Positions 40,896 through 54,609 of a DNA stretch of 64,000 nt are shown piece after piece. Positions within the stretch are counted from its first letter, which is position 1. The number at the start of each line of letters is the position of its first letter. The position numbers and the translations under genes are program-made. The stretch covers positions 344,782,001 through 344,846,000 of the forward strand of contig OZ024740.1 of NCBI GenBank assembly GCA_964016885.1. The letters run 5' to 3'. The DNA comes from Eledone cirrhosa (Eukaryota). Below the pieces are notes generated by a model that was not told the DNA's origin, made no database searches, and saw only the letters and a program-made list of their open reading frames with translations.

Positions 40896-41019
40896 CGAAG
40901 ATTTGATAAAAAATCTTCAACTTCTCTTTCAAACCTGACATGGAACTTAAAATGCAAGAATATGGACTATTCATTAGCTTGGGAAACAGTTTCAGAGGCA
41001 CCCGCATACTAAAACACAG

Positions 41020-41111
<92 letters not shown>

Positions 41112-41149
41112 CGAAGATTTGATAAAAAATCTTCAACTTTTCTTTCAAA

Positions 41150-41233
<84 letters not shown>

Positions 41234-41523
41234 TCAGAAGATTTGAATATATAACGATATATATGCATACATATGTGTTTATGTGTGTACTGGTCCAGTT
41301 TTATTTTCCTTACCTTTACTACAGTGGTCAAACTGAATTGTATGCACATCATACGTAAGAGATCAATTTCTATACATTTTTATATTTATCCTATTATCGT
41401 ATCAACGGCAAGGCTTTTGGTGCTAAGGAACCAATTACTGATGAATCTTATTCTTGTTTGGGTATTAATGTGTTGCATTATAACACCAACGGCATTATTT
41501 TCTATAGACTTTAGGGTGGTGGA

Positions 41524-41930
41524 TTGACAGTATCGGTGGAGGGTCTGATACCCTGCTTTTCAGTATAGAGTTACGGTCCTTTACGGTCTGAGTTCAAATC
41601 CCGACGAGGTTAACTTTGCCTTTCATCCTTACGGAGTGGTTAAAATAAAGCATCAGTAACGTACTGGGTTCGATTTAATCGACTTCCCCTACCCACAAAT
41701 TAATGTCCTTGTGCCTACAGTAGAAATCATTTTCTATGGAATTTAACAATATTGGATTGGCAGTATCGGTAGAGAGTCGGACACCATGCTTTGCAGCTTA
41801 GAGTTACGGTCCTTTACGGTCTGAGTTCAAATCCTGAAGAGGTTAACTTTGCCTTTCATCCGTACGGGGTCGATAAAATAAAGTTCCAGTAATGCACTGG
41901 CATAATTGCTGGCATTGTACCAAAAATAGC
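41524..41930 (+). mobile_element. Two tandem SINE copies (41524-41731 and 41758-41930)
   Basis: Each has an A-box, a GAGTTCAAATCC B-box and the GCCTTTCATCC core. Confidence 0.88.
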
Positions 41931-44900
41931 AACAATGATATAAGCATCAAATATATATTCTCATTATAAACAAGTGAAATGTTCTGCCTCAACAGATATA
42001 CATTTTCTTTCAAAAGATAACAGTGCTCCACTATCCTACGGAATATTTGCATTGCTGATTAGAAAGCATAAACGTTATAGACAGATATATACATTTTACC
42101 TTTATCTGAAATATCTTCTTGTGGTACAAATAAAATATCCGAGAGAATATATAAAGTCGAATGTTGGGATTTTGTTAGCGACTGAGTAACATTTTTTATT
42201 CAGTAAGATATTCATAAACCCAACACTGTATTAAATCTAGTCCAGCCCTTCCTACATGGTAATATTGTATATAAAGAGAAATACATATGTCTTTACATTT
42301 AGCGCAGGTTGAAAATAATTGTATACTGTAATCCCGTAAATCATTACCACAATAAGTTTTTATAGCAGCAGTAATTTATTTAAAATGACATCGAACATGT
42401 TAACCGTAAAGTTTTACTATCTTGCAGACCTGTTAATAACCACCAGTTATATTTTAGTGCTTTATGAGAAAATTGGTTGGAATACACATGGAGACGGAAA
42501 TGAGTGGACAGCGGTGTATATTAGAAGATGAGTTCTGTATAGCCTAGATGGCGGGAGATTGCGTTCATCCTTACGCAAAAGACCAGCCTCACACTAATTC
42601 ATTCTATTTAAATTTTGAGCAAATGAACATAATACTAATTGCCGCTCACGATAAATAATAATTGATAAAATTGGATAGATTACTCCCGGATCGGAGAAAA
42701 TAGACAGAGGGCCAGCGAGGCATCAAACCCCACATTTCTTAGATGATGTGTAGGGATAAAGTGATTCCGCCCACACAATCCGTATATGTTGGTGATTTTA
42801 AACCCGTATCTAGAAGCGAAATTCTAAATTGTTTTCGCTCACAATGTGGTGGATACCTAAGTGTATTCGTTAGTGAATAACAATAATATTATAATACCAT
42901 AATATGAATATTCATTATTTTTACAAGTAAACAGCCTCATAAAATACCACATGGTAGATGAACAACTTCATCCCTTTGTTCCAGCGGCTGCTGAGAGAAA
43001 ACAATCGACAATATTATTTTGAAATGTTTTGCTCAGTATCAAGATTGTGTATTTTCCTGTCTGCCACTTTATACATATGTATAGATGTTAGGAAGATCGC
43101 TCATATTAAGTCATCATTGTACGACCAACGTCTAGCTCACTCAATAAATTTGCCAACCAGCTGTTCAGGGGGCACACATTTAAGTTAATAGCAGTTGTGT
43201 TTGTGTATGTGGGCCTGTATGTGTATGTAAGACCTAGTACGTTAGACTCTAATTTGCTTGATTATCAAAATAATTTTCATCCAAATCATGATACCATAAC
43301 TGAAATACACTATTAAGCAAGTAATATAAGAATTTGAAAATATTTTTATTATAGGTATAAAACTAAGACAATTTTCACGTTGATATTGCATGATCTATAT
43401 GAAAATATGATTATCTTGTCTGCACCAAAATGTCAATAACATCAATTACTACAATGGTTAAATGGAGAAAATAAAGGAGTCACTAGTACATTTCCTCTCA
43501 GATTTATATACAATTGAAAAATTGTATGTTGAAAAAGATAGTGTAAGAATTACTACATAATGAGAGAAAGTAACAGCGTGAATAATTTTGACAAGTCCTT
43601 ATATATTAGCAACACTTGAAAAAACTATTCTAAGTAAAACAAAACTAGAATCACGCGTACGTATATTATTTTCTTATTATTTGTATAACTATTTTGTTTT
43701 TTGATTTTTGTAAGATAGAACACAGATTTTCATAACCAATGTTGTTTTATAGTGTGTATTTAGTATTCTTCAATTACGTGTTTGTTAATAAATGAATCCT
43801 CTATTGTGTTCATACTTCGTTAGGTGTATAGAATATTTTGTTGAAATGATGAATATATACATCTAGTTAAATGGGTGTTTAATCTTGTTTTTAATGTCAC
43901 TTCATAGCAATATATTTTTTATTGATTCTTGTACCAATATGTTGATATTTTCAAATTGTTTTGAAGCCTTATGCACATAATCATATGTAATTTCTACCAT
44001 AATGGACACAAGACAATGCTATTGTTAGAAAACATAACTATTACGACTCGATCGCTCGAATCTAATGTTATATATTTGGCTAACAAAAGGATCAATCAGC
44101 AATATAAAAATATTATCTCAACTTAATCGTATAATTTCATTTCTGTGTATCTTTGCTGCAAAGCTGTACCAACGGAATGCTTGTTACTTTACATCATAAT
44201 GTCAACAGGTTCAGTGAAGGTAATGCTTTCGTCTTTGACACTAGTAATTAATCTGAATGTGTCTAGCATAAGTGCGTTTTTCATCTAAGTAGCCTGCTTA
44301 AATTTATTCCCAATATTTGATGTAGGGGTTCTACTTTTAGAGAGTTCTATTGCAGCTTGCAAAAGCGGGAACATATGATGATATTCATTGTATCAACTCT
44401 AGAACTCTTCAAGAAAGTGTTTGCTTATACGCTCAACGAAACACATTTTGTTGCAGAAAAGGCTACGGATCAGGACAGCTTTTACATTTAGTTCACAGTT
44501 AACATCCTCACCTAAGAATCATACCACATGAAATAACTGTATTGCTTCCATGAATAGGGAATGCTTCTTAATCTATATTAACATAAGTTATATGCAGCAA
44601 TAAATGAACATAGAAATGAAACGTTTAAATACATGCTCAAAACAATGTACATCGCAGAAATACAGCTCTCCAAACATCACTGACCCTTTATAAATGACTG
44701 ATTGAAATGCCCAAAATATATTAACCTACCCACTTTCCAAATCCTAAGGCTATATTATGGGTTAATACATTAGATTATCTATAGCTTAATGTTCAATAGA
44801 CTAGAAGAATTAGGTAGTACATCACAATATACTAAACTACTATATACACCTTTCAGTTTTACATGTTCACACTCTCACACTACACTCCATAAGATTATTC

Positions 44901-46028
44901 ATTGCATGCCGGATTTTCTACCATGATTTTGAACTATGCAAGTATATGATATATCTGGAACTATAGTTTCCTTGTTAACACCTAATCATTAGTCAACTAA
45001 ATCTGTTAATAGCCTATTCGAGCAGAACTGACTAGTGATTATACAAGTACAGAAACAACCACGTATGATTCATCTCAACATTTCTACAGCTAGGGCACTG
45101 GATTTATTTAGATAAATTCTCCTACGATTGTTTCATTCCAATATTTTGAAATGTTACACTTATCTCGCGGACTCCAAGTTAAGAATCGCTTGTATAAATA
45201 TATTTTACCTAACCCACGCTTTAAGAAGAATGCAGAAACGGCTTAATATATTTAATGCAATGAGCCTACAAAAATCAAATGGAAAATTGTTTTGAGGTGA
45301 GGAAAAGAGAACATTAGCAGAGTCCTTAATGCTGTTATAATTATTTCTGCATGTAATCAAGACATTCTCCCGTTTTTGATAGAATACATGAATGAAGAGG
45401 GATCTACTCTGTATTTGCTGAAGGAGCATTGAGAGGCTCACTATATGTTGTAACATGTTTTTAATTACTCTCTACCGTCACTTGTTTTGAAAAAGAACAA
45501 TAAATTTAGTGATAACAAGTGTAATAAATTTATGAAAACGAATCGGCTTAAACAACTACAGTGTTATTGTGTTATTGTGCTAAAGTACTCTGTCTGGGTC
45601 ATCCATTCAGTCTGTAAATAAATATCACAATTTGTAAAAGTAGAGAATGATAGGAGACAATCAGTGTTTTCAGAGAAAGCATTAATTCATAGAACCTTAA
45701 CAGTTTAACCTTTCATTATACGTTTTCAAGGTTCACAGATAAAAAATAACATCCTCATCTTAACCACAAAAACAACAGCAACCACTCAGTTAATCTCTAA
45801 ATTATAGCAGCAAGGTCTATTGTGACTAAATAAATTATAGATGTCACATTCAAGCAAATGCATTCATAGGTTTGTAGTGTTTGTTATTATTATATATACT
45901 CTTTCCTTTGGAGATTTAATCATTAGACGGTGCCCATTCTGGAGGCACCAACCACCTTAAAGAGATTGTCGTCGATCATATCGACGCAAAGAGAGATTTT
46001 ATCGATCGCAAGCTCATGGTCGCCCACT

Positions 46029-46087
<59 letters not shown>

Positions 46088-46198
46088 TGTATGTATGTAT
46101 GTATGTATGTATACATGCATACATATATATATATATATATGACGTGCTTTTGGATATCAGTGAGCCAAATTCCACTTAACCATATAGTTGTACACTCG

Positions 46199-46266
<68 letters not shown>

Positions 46267-46304
46267 GCCCTCTTTGGATTTTAGACTTCAAATTTATTAT
46301 TATT

Positions 46305-46347
<43 letters not shown>

Positions 46348-46980
46348 TATGTGTATGGATATATGTTGGAATAAGTGGATGCAACATAAATCATGGAGGC
46401 TGACTGCAAAGATACGGTAAATATAATTTAAATGTTTAGCTTCATAATTCAGTGCAACTAGAATGGGATATCACATCGGCAAAAAAAATGATACATTCAT
46501 AAAACATAATTACAAGTGAAATCAAATAAATGATATTTCTAAATAGAGAAAATATTAGGTAGAATATAATGTATAATATTTTAGTCACCTACTTAACTAA
46601 GCGTTATAATAGTTGAAATTCGCATAAGGAATTCACCGTGTAGAATTATGTATATAAATGAAGAAAAACTCAACAATAATAGCAAAATATGAACAATAAC
46701 AAATAATTCAGAAAGAAAGTAAATAAATAAATACAACATAGATAGCTTGAAGGCAGCATGAGCATACTGTGAATCTAATTAACCGTTAAGAGAAGTCTTT
46801 CTATAACCGCTGTTTCTTTTTGTAATTAATCTACCAGACTTCCGGATATAAAAGCAGGCCCTTATGAAATGTCCAATAATTTGCACTTAAGGTTTTACTC
46901 TCAAAATCTACGCCAAGAAATGTTCTCTTACTATACAAAATAAATATACAATATGTATGTGTCTATATATATATATATAT

Positions 46981-47078
<98 letters not shown>

Positions 47079-47157
47079 GCGTGTGTGTGTATGTGTGTGT
47101 GTATGTGTTTAAATATGTGTTTACGTGCGTGTTTGTATTCATCTATAAATATATATA

Positions 47158-47334
47158 TCCGTATGATGTTGACGGCTGAGATAAAGGAGTACTCAATAAC
47201 GAAGTAGAGTTTTAATATTCATTTGTATTAATGCTAAAACGTGCGTCTATTGTGGATTTTCGCCTTGTTACCAGACTGATGACCTTATGATAAACAGAGT
47301 ATCAAAACGTTTTAGCCTTAATACAAATGAATAT
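47158..47334 (-). mobile_element. Small fold-back pLTR element with a decayed hammerhead
   Basis: Arms 47215-47242 and 47307-47334. CTGATGA at 47276 with GAAA decayed to AAAA. Tail hairpin at 47191-47210. Confidence 0.55.
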
Positions 47335-47379
47335 ATATAACTCAATAACACCAGTCAGCGAAGTACTTCAGATAATGAG

Positions 47380-48062
47380 TTCTCAACCTAGTCATACATT
47401 GGCCACCGTCGCCCATTCCAGTGAGGAGTTGTTTTCAGAGAAATCTCCGCGTGTAGGGAGCTTACCCGGGAATTCGTAGAGGAATTTGTCCAGGAAACCT
47501 TTAAATGTTATGGTATCCTTTTCTCTCTTGTATTTCTGTATTATATTAAAGATAGCGTGGCCAGTTGAAGTGAATTAGTTGTGCCGTATCGTTGGTATGA
47601 TATGCAAATTTGATTTTATTGTAGGCGGATAGCACGGAGACCAAGACGTGGGGGGATTTTAAATGTGATGCCGACATCAGTCGGGCAACATCTATGGAAT
47701 AATTTCCACTTCATACAGATGATGTAACACTCACGGCGGCGTTGGAGAGGGTACAGTTTGTATTTTCCTAGTCGACCGCTGTAGTCAAGGCTTGTCTACA
47801 TGTCTATCTTTTTTGTAATTGTCATCAAGGCTGCTTCAAATTTCATATTTCGTTTCATGTGAGACCATAGAAGACAGTTTCAAGGTGGGCCCGAACAAAG
47901 GTAGAATAATGTTGGTAGTTTGTGTGAATTTCTCTAGAGATTCGGGTAAAACATCCAGCGGGCTATGTCAACTTCGGTGTTTATATGAGTACACAAACTT
48001 GTTGTCAACAATCACTCCAAGTTCTTTGCTGTCGTTTGATCACACGGGGGTTTCACCAGAGG
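47380..48062 (-). pseudogene. Decayed CR1-group LINE 3' fragment
   Basis: Manual translation gives KELGVIVDNK, DYSGRL..KLYPLQRRRE.YII and FKGFLDKFL. Confidence 0.7.
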
Positions 48063-48450
48063 GAAGATAATATATGTATATATATATATATGTGTGTACG
48101 TGTGTGTATATACATGATTATACATAGAAACTTGTGCATATTCAGATTCTAATTTCCATTAACGGGTAAATTTGTTCTAGAACCGAGTTAATATGAGAAG
48201 GTTACAACTCATAGAAATTCATTTTCGAAACAGGTGTTACGCATGATTCGATGTTTCTTTCTTAATATAAACACTCTGCATCTTCCCATGCATTGAGTAC
48301 TCCCATGGTTACTTGACACCCCGATCTCAGCACACCAGACTCTCTCTTTTTTTGTCTCTCTCTCTCTTTCTATCTCTCTCTCTCTCTCTTTCTCTTTCTT
48401 GCTCTCTCCCACTGTCTCTCTCTCTCTCACTTTCTCACTGTAAATATATA

Positions 48451-48482
<32 letters not shown>

Positions 48483-48589
48483 CGGGTGAACTGTTAAACT
48501 GTGATAGACTCAGACCATCTTTGTGAAACAGGTATATTCGTATAATGTATTACTAAAATATTATATATACTGTATATATATATATATAT

Positions 48590-48780
48590 AATGGGGAAAA
48601 GTATGACCACGATGGCAGAGCTCAAACCGTTTCGACGGCTATTTAGTTCAGAAATAGCCGTCGAAACGGCTTGAGCTCTGCTGTCGGGGTGATATTTTTC
48701 TCATTACCCACTCTACTACCCTAAGTAATGAGTATTCTGGTGCGTTATGGTCCATCCGGTTCCTTACCACAACTCCTTCG

Positions 48781-48782
<2 letters not shown>
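48590..48782 (+). mobile_element. Family C fold-back element, copy 3
   Basis: Homologous to 2016-2191 but with a longer apex. (TA)n on both sides. Confidence 0.78.
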
Positions 48783-48828
<46 letters not shown>

Positions 48829-49403
48829 AACATAGCATAACACGTGCATATTCATTTATTCATTTTATATTGAAATTACGGGCATCCATGTTAGTCTTTC
48901 CCAAACATGTATTTAGTGGTATGATTTCAGGATTTGCTATATATCTTACCTTGAAGATACAAAGTATGCAAGGTGCGTCTCGTTTTCAAAAATAGTAACT
49001 AAGCAAGTAACTAAAAACAAGGATCATTTTTCTAAATATTTTCACGGAAATAAGATGTTTTTAAACCATTGCTAAAATTTATAGACAAACTAGACTGATC
49101 CATGCCAACAAGCAAGCCATCATTTTGTTGCTAAATCCGCAAGAAATAACAGCTAAATTTCTTATAAGCACATACTCTACCTCCTAAAAGAAAATTATAG
49201 ATAAATATTATAGCATATCCTGATTCTAATATCCACATCGTCTCAAAGTTTGTCTATGGGTCTACAACCTCAATTCAAAAAAGCAACCAGACTCACCCTA
49301 TCAGGTATATTTCGACTGATTGCAAATCATTCAACCTGAATCATATGGGATGTTACAAGATTTCTTACAAGATTTCTCATACATACCATATCAATAACCA
49401 TTT

Positions 49404-49497
49404 CATCTCCCGTACAGACTAAAGATTCAATCTGTTTCGCCCTGAATGAACCGTGTTTGTAACAAGTAATCCGTAGGCATTTCGTCAGCGAAAGATG
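49404..49497 (-). ncRNA. Full type I hammerhead (inverted copy), GUA site
   Basis: CAUCUUUCG-CUGACGA...GAA-ACAGAUUGA(AUCU)UUAGUCUGU-A/CGGGAGAUG. Confidence 0.82.
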
Positions 49498-49982
49498 AGA
49501 TTAAATGTTACACAACACCTATAACGATAAACTCACTAAAGTTTGCACCTCGTGCGTTGAAAGTGATATGCGGTGCGAGTGGTTATGCTAGAAATAAAAT
49601 GATATTGATATGGTCTGTATGAGAAATCTTGTAAGAAATCTTGTAACATCCCATATGATTCAGGTTGAATGATATATAACATTTGTGGTGTAATCTACCC
49701 CCGTAATTTTAGACACGGGATTTACTGTGTTTACTTCTACACATATTAATATTTTAATGTTCAGCATTTATACTTTGAGCTTGTTAATTGCAGGGTAGCT
49801 ATATGAGTTAATAACTCTATATTTTATTTGTATTTCGGCTCCTTATCTATTGAGCTTATAAAAATGAGTGTAAATAGGCTATTATTTCTAGCATAACCAC
49901 TCGCCCAGCATATGACCTTCAACGCACGAGGTGTAAACTTTAGTGAGTTTATCGTTATAGGTGTTGTGTAACATTTAGTCTT

Positions 49983-50074
49983 ATCTCTCGCTGACGAAAT
50001 GCCTACGGATTACTTGTTACAAACACGATTCATTCAGGGCGAAACAGATTACAGCTTTAGTCTGTCCGGGAGAT
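49983..50074 (+). ncRNA. Full type I hammerhead with a stable 8-bp helix III, GUC site
   Basis: Helix I AUCUCUCG/CGGGAGAU, core CUGACGA (49991) and GAAA (50041), helix III ACAGAUUA/UAGUCUGU. Predicted cleavage after 50066. Confidence 0.85.
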
Positions 50075-50335
50075 GAAATTGTTATTGATATGGTATGTAT
50101 GAGAAATCTTGTAAGAAATCTTGTAACATCCCATATGATTCAGGTTGAAAGATATATAACATTTGTGGTGTAATCTACCCTCATAATTTTAGACACGGGA
50201 TTTACTGTGTTTACTTCTACATATATTAATATTTTAATGCTCACTATTTATACTTTGAGCTTGTTAATTGCTGGGTATCTATATGAGTTAATAACGCTAT
50301 ATTTTATTTATTTGTATATATATATATATATATAT

Positions 50336-50440
50336 AATTCAGCCTGTTCAGTTTGTTTACAAACGAACAAAGCGGCGTTATAATAAGCGTCCGCTAAACT
50401 GATGCGTGCATATATGTATGTGTACCTGTATGTATATATG

Positions 50441-50504
<64 letters not shown>

Positions 50505-50943
50505 TGCTACTGTACGTCTGTATACATATATGTATGTACGTATACATACATACTTACATATAAGTAAGTGCCATACTAAGAGTGAGAAATGAAATTTCGT
50601 TTTCATTTTATTTCAACTTATCGTTTTCGGTATGCCTGACCGATTTAACTCACTCAATATGCAAATTAGGCTGCTCAGCCGTTAATTTTCATAAGGAAAG
50701 TATATACTTTCGAACGTTCAACTATCTGGCAGATGGGTATACGGTGCTGATGATAGCTAACAAGCTTGAAACTAGTACATCGTTCCTGTGTCAGAGTTGA
50801 ACAAAAAGGTGACGTGGTTGCCTTAACACCGTATGGCATAAATTCAGACTGTTCGGTTTGTTGACAAACAAACGAACAAAGCGGCGTTATAATAAGCGTC
50901 CGCTAAACTGATGCGTGCATATATGTATGTGTACCTGTATGTA

Positions 50944-51025
<82 letters not shown>

Positions 51026-51139
51026 TGCTACTGTACGTCTGTATACATATATGTATGTACGTATACATACATACTTACATATAAGTAAGTGCCATACTAA
51101 GAGTGAGAAATGAAATTTCGTTTTCATTTTATTTCAACC
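50336..51139 (+). mobile_element. Family G retrozyme-like element: ~1.55 units of ~510 nt with an internal (TA)n
   Basis: 50336-50617 repeats at 50841-51138, with a hammerhead between the repeats and (TA)n on both flanks. Confidence 0.8.
50741..50783 (+). ncRNA. Minimal type I hammerhead ribozyme
   Basis: ACGGUG-CUGAUGA-UAGCU(AACA)AGCUU-GAAA-CUAG-UA/CAUCGU, with palindromic helix III ACUAGU. Confidence 0.85.
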
Positions 51140-52098
51140 TATATATATATATGTAATCTAGTTTACAAATACCGTATGATTATTAAGGCCTTATCGAGAA
51201 ATTCATATATTACTAAGAATGAAATGCATATGTTATTCTATGATCTACTACGCCAACATTTAAATACTGTCACCAATTTATACTAACGAACAATACAATG
51301 TTTCCAAATAACACATGAAAGTGATATACCCACTAATTGTAACATAATGATGTTAATATTACTGGATTTCATTAGGTCCCATATAGTTAATAGCATAGTT
51401 TGTCTTATTTCAAATAAATTACTGTCTGGAACACACTCTGGTGGTCTAGGAACATGTTATTTTGCTCGAATTCACGAAGGATAAAATTTAGATTTTACAC
51501 CTAAATAAAATGTTTACATACGTTAAAATGCTACTTGCTTTCATATCAGTGATATTTCGTAATAATCTAATGTATTTGACTAGCCTTCTGTTAAATCCTT
51601 ATGTTAATATTGTTTTCATAGATAGGTTTTTTTCTCCACCAAATAATGATTAGTTGTGACATGGTCGTCAACATTGGTTTTGTAGTAGTTCATTGAAAGT
51701 ATATTATTCAAAATTACTTTTATTCTAACGTTGACACTAAAGAAAGGAGTAACTTAATAATAGTTTTGTTTTCCTTGGAAATCTATATGAATACATGTAA
51801 ATTCGATTATAATTGTTTCATATTGATTCAGTAAACTTTACCACGATTAGATGGTTATATTTTTCTTAAGTATTTTAATTCAAGTTGACATAGATGCTTT
51901 TGCTTTTATAATCAATTCGGTTCCGACAAGACGCTATATTATATGGTGTATGAAATATTTCTCTTCAATAATCTGAGTTTAACTTCATTCAAGAATGCAC
52001 TTCATATAAACTTGTTTCAATATAATTTATATTCCAATAAGTGATACAATGAGCATTAATATCATTTACATTGTGGAATAGGTTAGAGATATCATTAT

Positions 52099-52557
52099 GA
52101 GTTCAAATCTCGCCAAGGTTGACTTTGCCTTTCATCCTTACGGGGTCGATAAAATAAAGTACCAGTAATGTACTGGGGTTAATTGCTGGCCTTGTGCCTA
52201 AAGTAGAAACAATTATTAGATATATCATAGTTACGTCCCTTTACAGTCTGAGTTTAAATCCCGCCGAGGTTAACTTTGCCTTTCATCCTTACGGGCTCGA
52301 TAAAATAAAGTGCCAGTAATGTACTGGGTAATTGCTGGCCTTGTGCCTAAAGTAGAAACATTTATTATTTTATTGGCAGTATCGGTAGAGGGTCGGACGC
52401 AATGCTTTCTAGCATAGTTACGTCCCTTTACAGACTGAATTTAAATCGCCGCCGAGTGTTAACTTTGCCTTTCATCCTTACGGGATCGACACAATAAAGT
52501 ACCAGTAATGTACTGCGTAATTGCTGGCCTTGTGCCTAAAGTAGAAACAATTATTAT
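52099..52557 (+). mobile_element. Three tandem SINE copies (52099-52217, 52227-52368, 52373-52557)
   Basis: Repeated B-box/core/tail units with different 5' truncations. Confidence 0.9.
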
Positions 52558-53328
52558 TTTCTGTCATTTTTCAAGGGCATCAATAGCATAAGGAAACTAG
52601 CCAAATAAAATAAAATATATTGCAATCTCTATTCGAAAGGAACTTATAGCTTGCTGTTTTCTTAGACGTCAAGAGACTGCTATTTCTAACGTATTCTCTC
52701 ACAGACTCCTGACCATTATATCACGCGGTTGGTATTGATATCATTATAAATAATGAGGTGCAATCCTATAGTGACGATTAGCTACGTGCGTATATATTCC
52801 CAATTCAAGCCTCGGTGAACTCGTTTTTCCCTCCCTATTATTATTATGAGTCATGGTCTATATAATAAAAAAAGGAATCCAGTCTTCTGTCGAGTATTGA
52901 ATCTACATTATAACGGTTTTTGTTTCCGATAACGATGATATTGACGATGGGGATGGTCATGTTGGTGACAGATATGATTGAGACGATGTTGGTGTTGATA
53001 GTGATAATGAAGAAATAGATGAAAATAATGATGATAAGATCGTTGATTACAATGATTATGATGATGATGACGAAGTTGATGATGCAGTTGATTTTTAGGA
53101 TTAGGAAGAAAGAGTGAAGAAGTAGAGCAGGAAGGAAAATATGTCGATAAACATAAAGATGATGATGATGAAAACATGTAGAAGAAGGTGATAAGATGAC
53201 AATAATGAAGATGATTATATCCATGACCTATTTTATCTCTTGCACGTTCTACGTTATTTTTTCCTCTACTCTTTTAACATTCTAATTTTTATATTTTAAT
53301 TTTGGCGACGTTTTCCAAATATTTGCAA

Positions 53329-53425
53329 TTCTTCTTCTTCTTCTTCTTCTTCTTCTTCTTCTTCTTCTTCTTCTTCTTCTTCTTCTTCTTCTTCTTCTTC
53401 TTCTTCGTCTTCTTCTTCTTCTTCT
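53329..53425. repeat. (CTT)n microsatellite
   Basis: About 32 near-perfect trinucleotide units; representative of the many (TA)n, (CA)n, (TAA)n, (TAG)n and (TATG)n tracts in the window. Confidence 0.95.
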
Positions 53426-53521
53426 CTCTTTGCTCATCACCTTTCCTCTGAATTTTTTATTTACTCTACATAAATTCCATGACATCCATTCTCTGTCACA
53501 TTATCACTCACTCCTTACACA

Positions 53522-53627
<106 letters not shown>

Positions 53628-53881
53628 CATATTTATACATAATTTAGTTACATTTCTCATGGAATTCTACTATCAAACTTATAGGTTATTCTACTATAGG
53701 AATTCTAATATCAAACTTAGAGCTGCCAATGTTATTAAGAAATCACTGCACTTTTTAGTCACATTGTCATCACGATCAGTATCTACAAACGTCAATAACA
53801 GCAATTGTGGCATCATGGGCCATATATGTTTCAGAAGCAAATCAGCAAAGGTCCTTATTATTGCTCCAAATATATGTATAA

Positions 53882-53916
<35 letters not shown>

Positions 53917-54082
53917 ACGCGAACTGACACATATTCACCCAGAGACATGCATACGTGCATATACAGAAGCACAAATATATATGCATGCGCTAGCATCGTT
54001 ATCATTATTATAATTAAATTATTGTTGTTGTTGGTGGTGGTGTTGTTGTTGTTGTAATTATTATTATTATTATTATTATTAT

Positions 54083-54452
54083 TTGAAAAGGAAAATCAGG
54101 TTAGAGAGGGAAGTGCTCTCTACCGAGCATTTTGTTGAAAGATGGGTGAGAGAGGCAAGAATGGCCCGAGTGGATGGGCCTACTCTGAGTATGTATCTGT
54201 AAATTAAAGGTGGAAAACTGGGAGAGGGCACTTGCCCTGGTGGTCAGGGTCACTGTGGCTTTTTAATGGGATTTCTCCACGAATGTCCCTCGGAAGTCTC
54301 CCCCTATTGGGGAATTTTTCATTGTTATTTTTTTGTTACATCCTCTGTTTTTGTTTTTTACACGCAGAAATGCCCATTTGTACCGTCCTGTATTGTACTG
54401 TACTGTCCTTAATGTCTAATTTATGTAAACCCTTGTGGTTAATAAAGAAGGC
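54083..54452 (+). mobile_element. 5'-truncated L1/Tx1-like LINE 3' end inserted in (ATT)n
   Basis: LKRKIRLEREVLSTEHFVERWV..* (stop 54200-54202) resembles Tx1 ORF2 C-termini (R..E...F...W). AATAAA at 54441. (ATT)n on both sides. Confidence 0.55.
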
Positions 54453-54473
54453 ATTATTATTATTGTTATTATA

Positions 54474-54523
<50 letters not shown>

Positions 54524-54609
54524 GTTATTGTTATTCCTTGAATCTCAGTCATTGATGTTGGTTAACTGGAAAGTCCGTTGGATTGAATATCAAGCCACTA
54601 CCTGCAGCC

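Larger units (their letters stand above)
49326..50315 (+). mobile_element. Family F retrozyme-like element: 1.5 tandem units of 480 nt plus an inverted partial copy
   Basis: 49601-49833 repeats at 50081-50315, and 49326-49597 is the reverse complement of 49882-50153. Ends in (TA)n. No ORF. Confidence 0.85.

Noticed and set aside
52099-52557. CRISPR-like repeat array
   Set aside because: The units are >100-bp SINE copies in eukaryotic DNA, with no regular spacers or cas genes.
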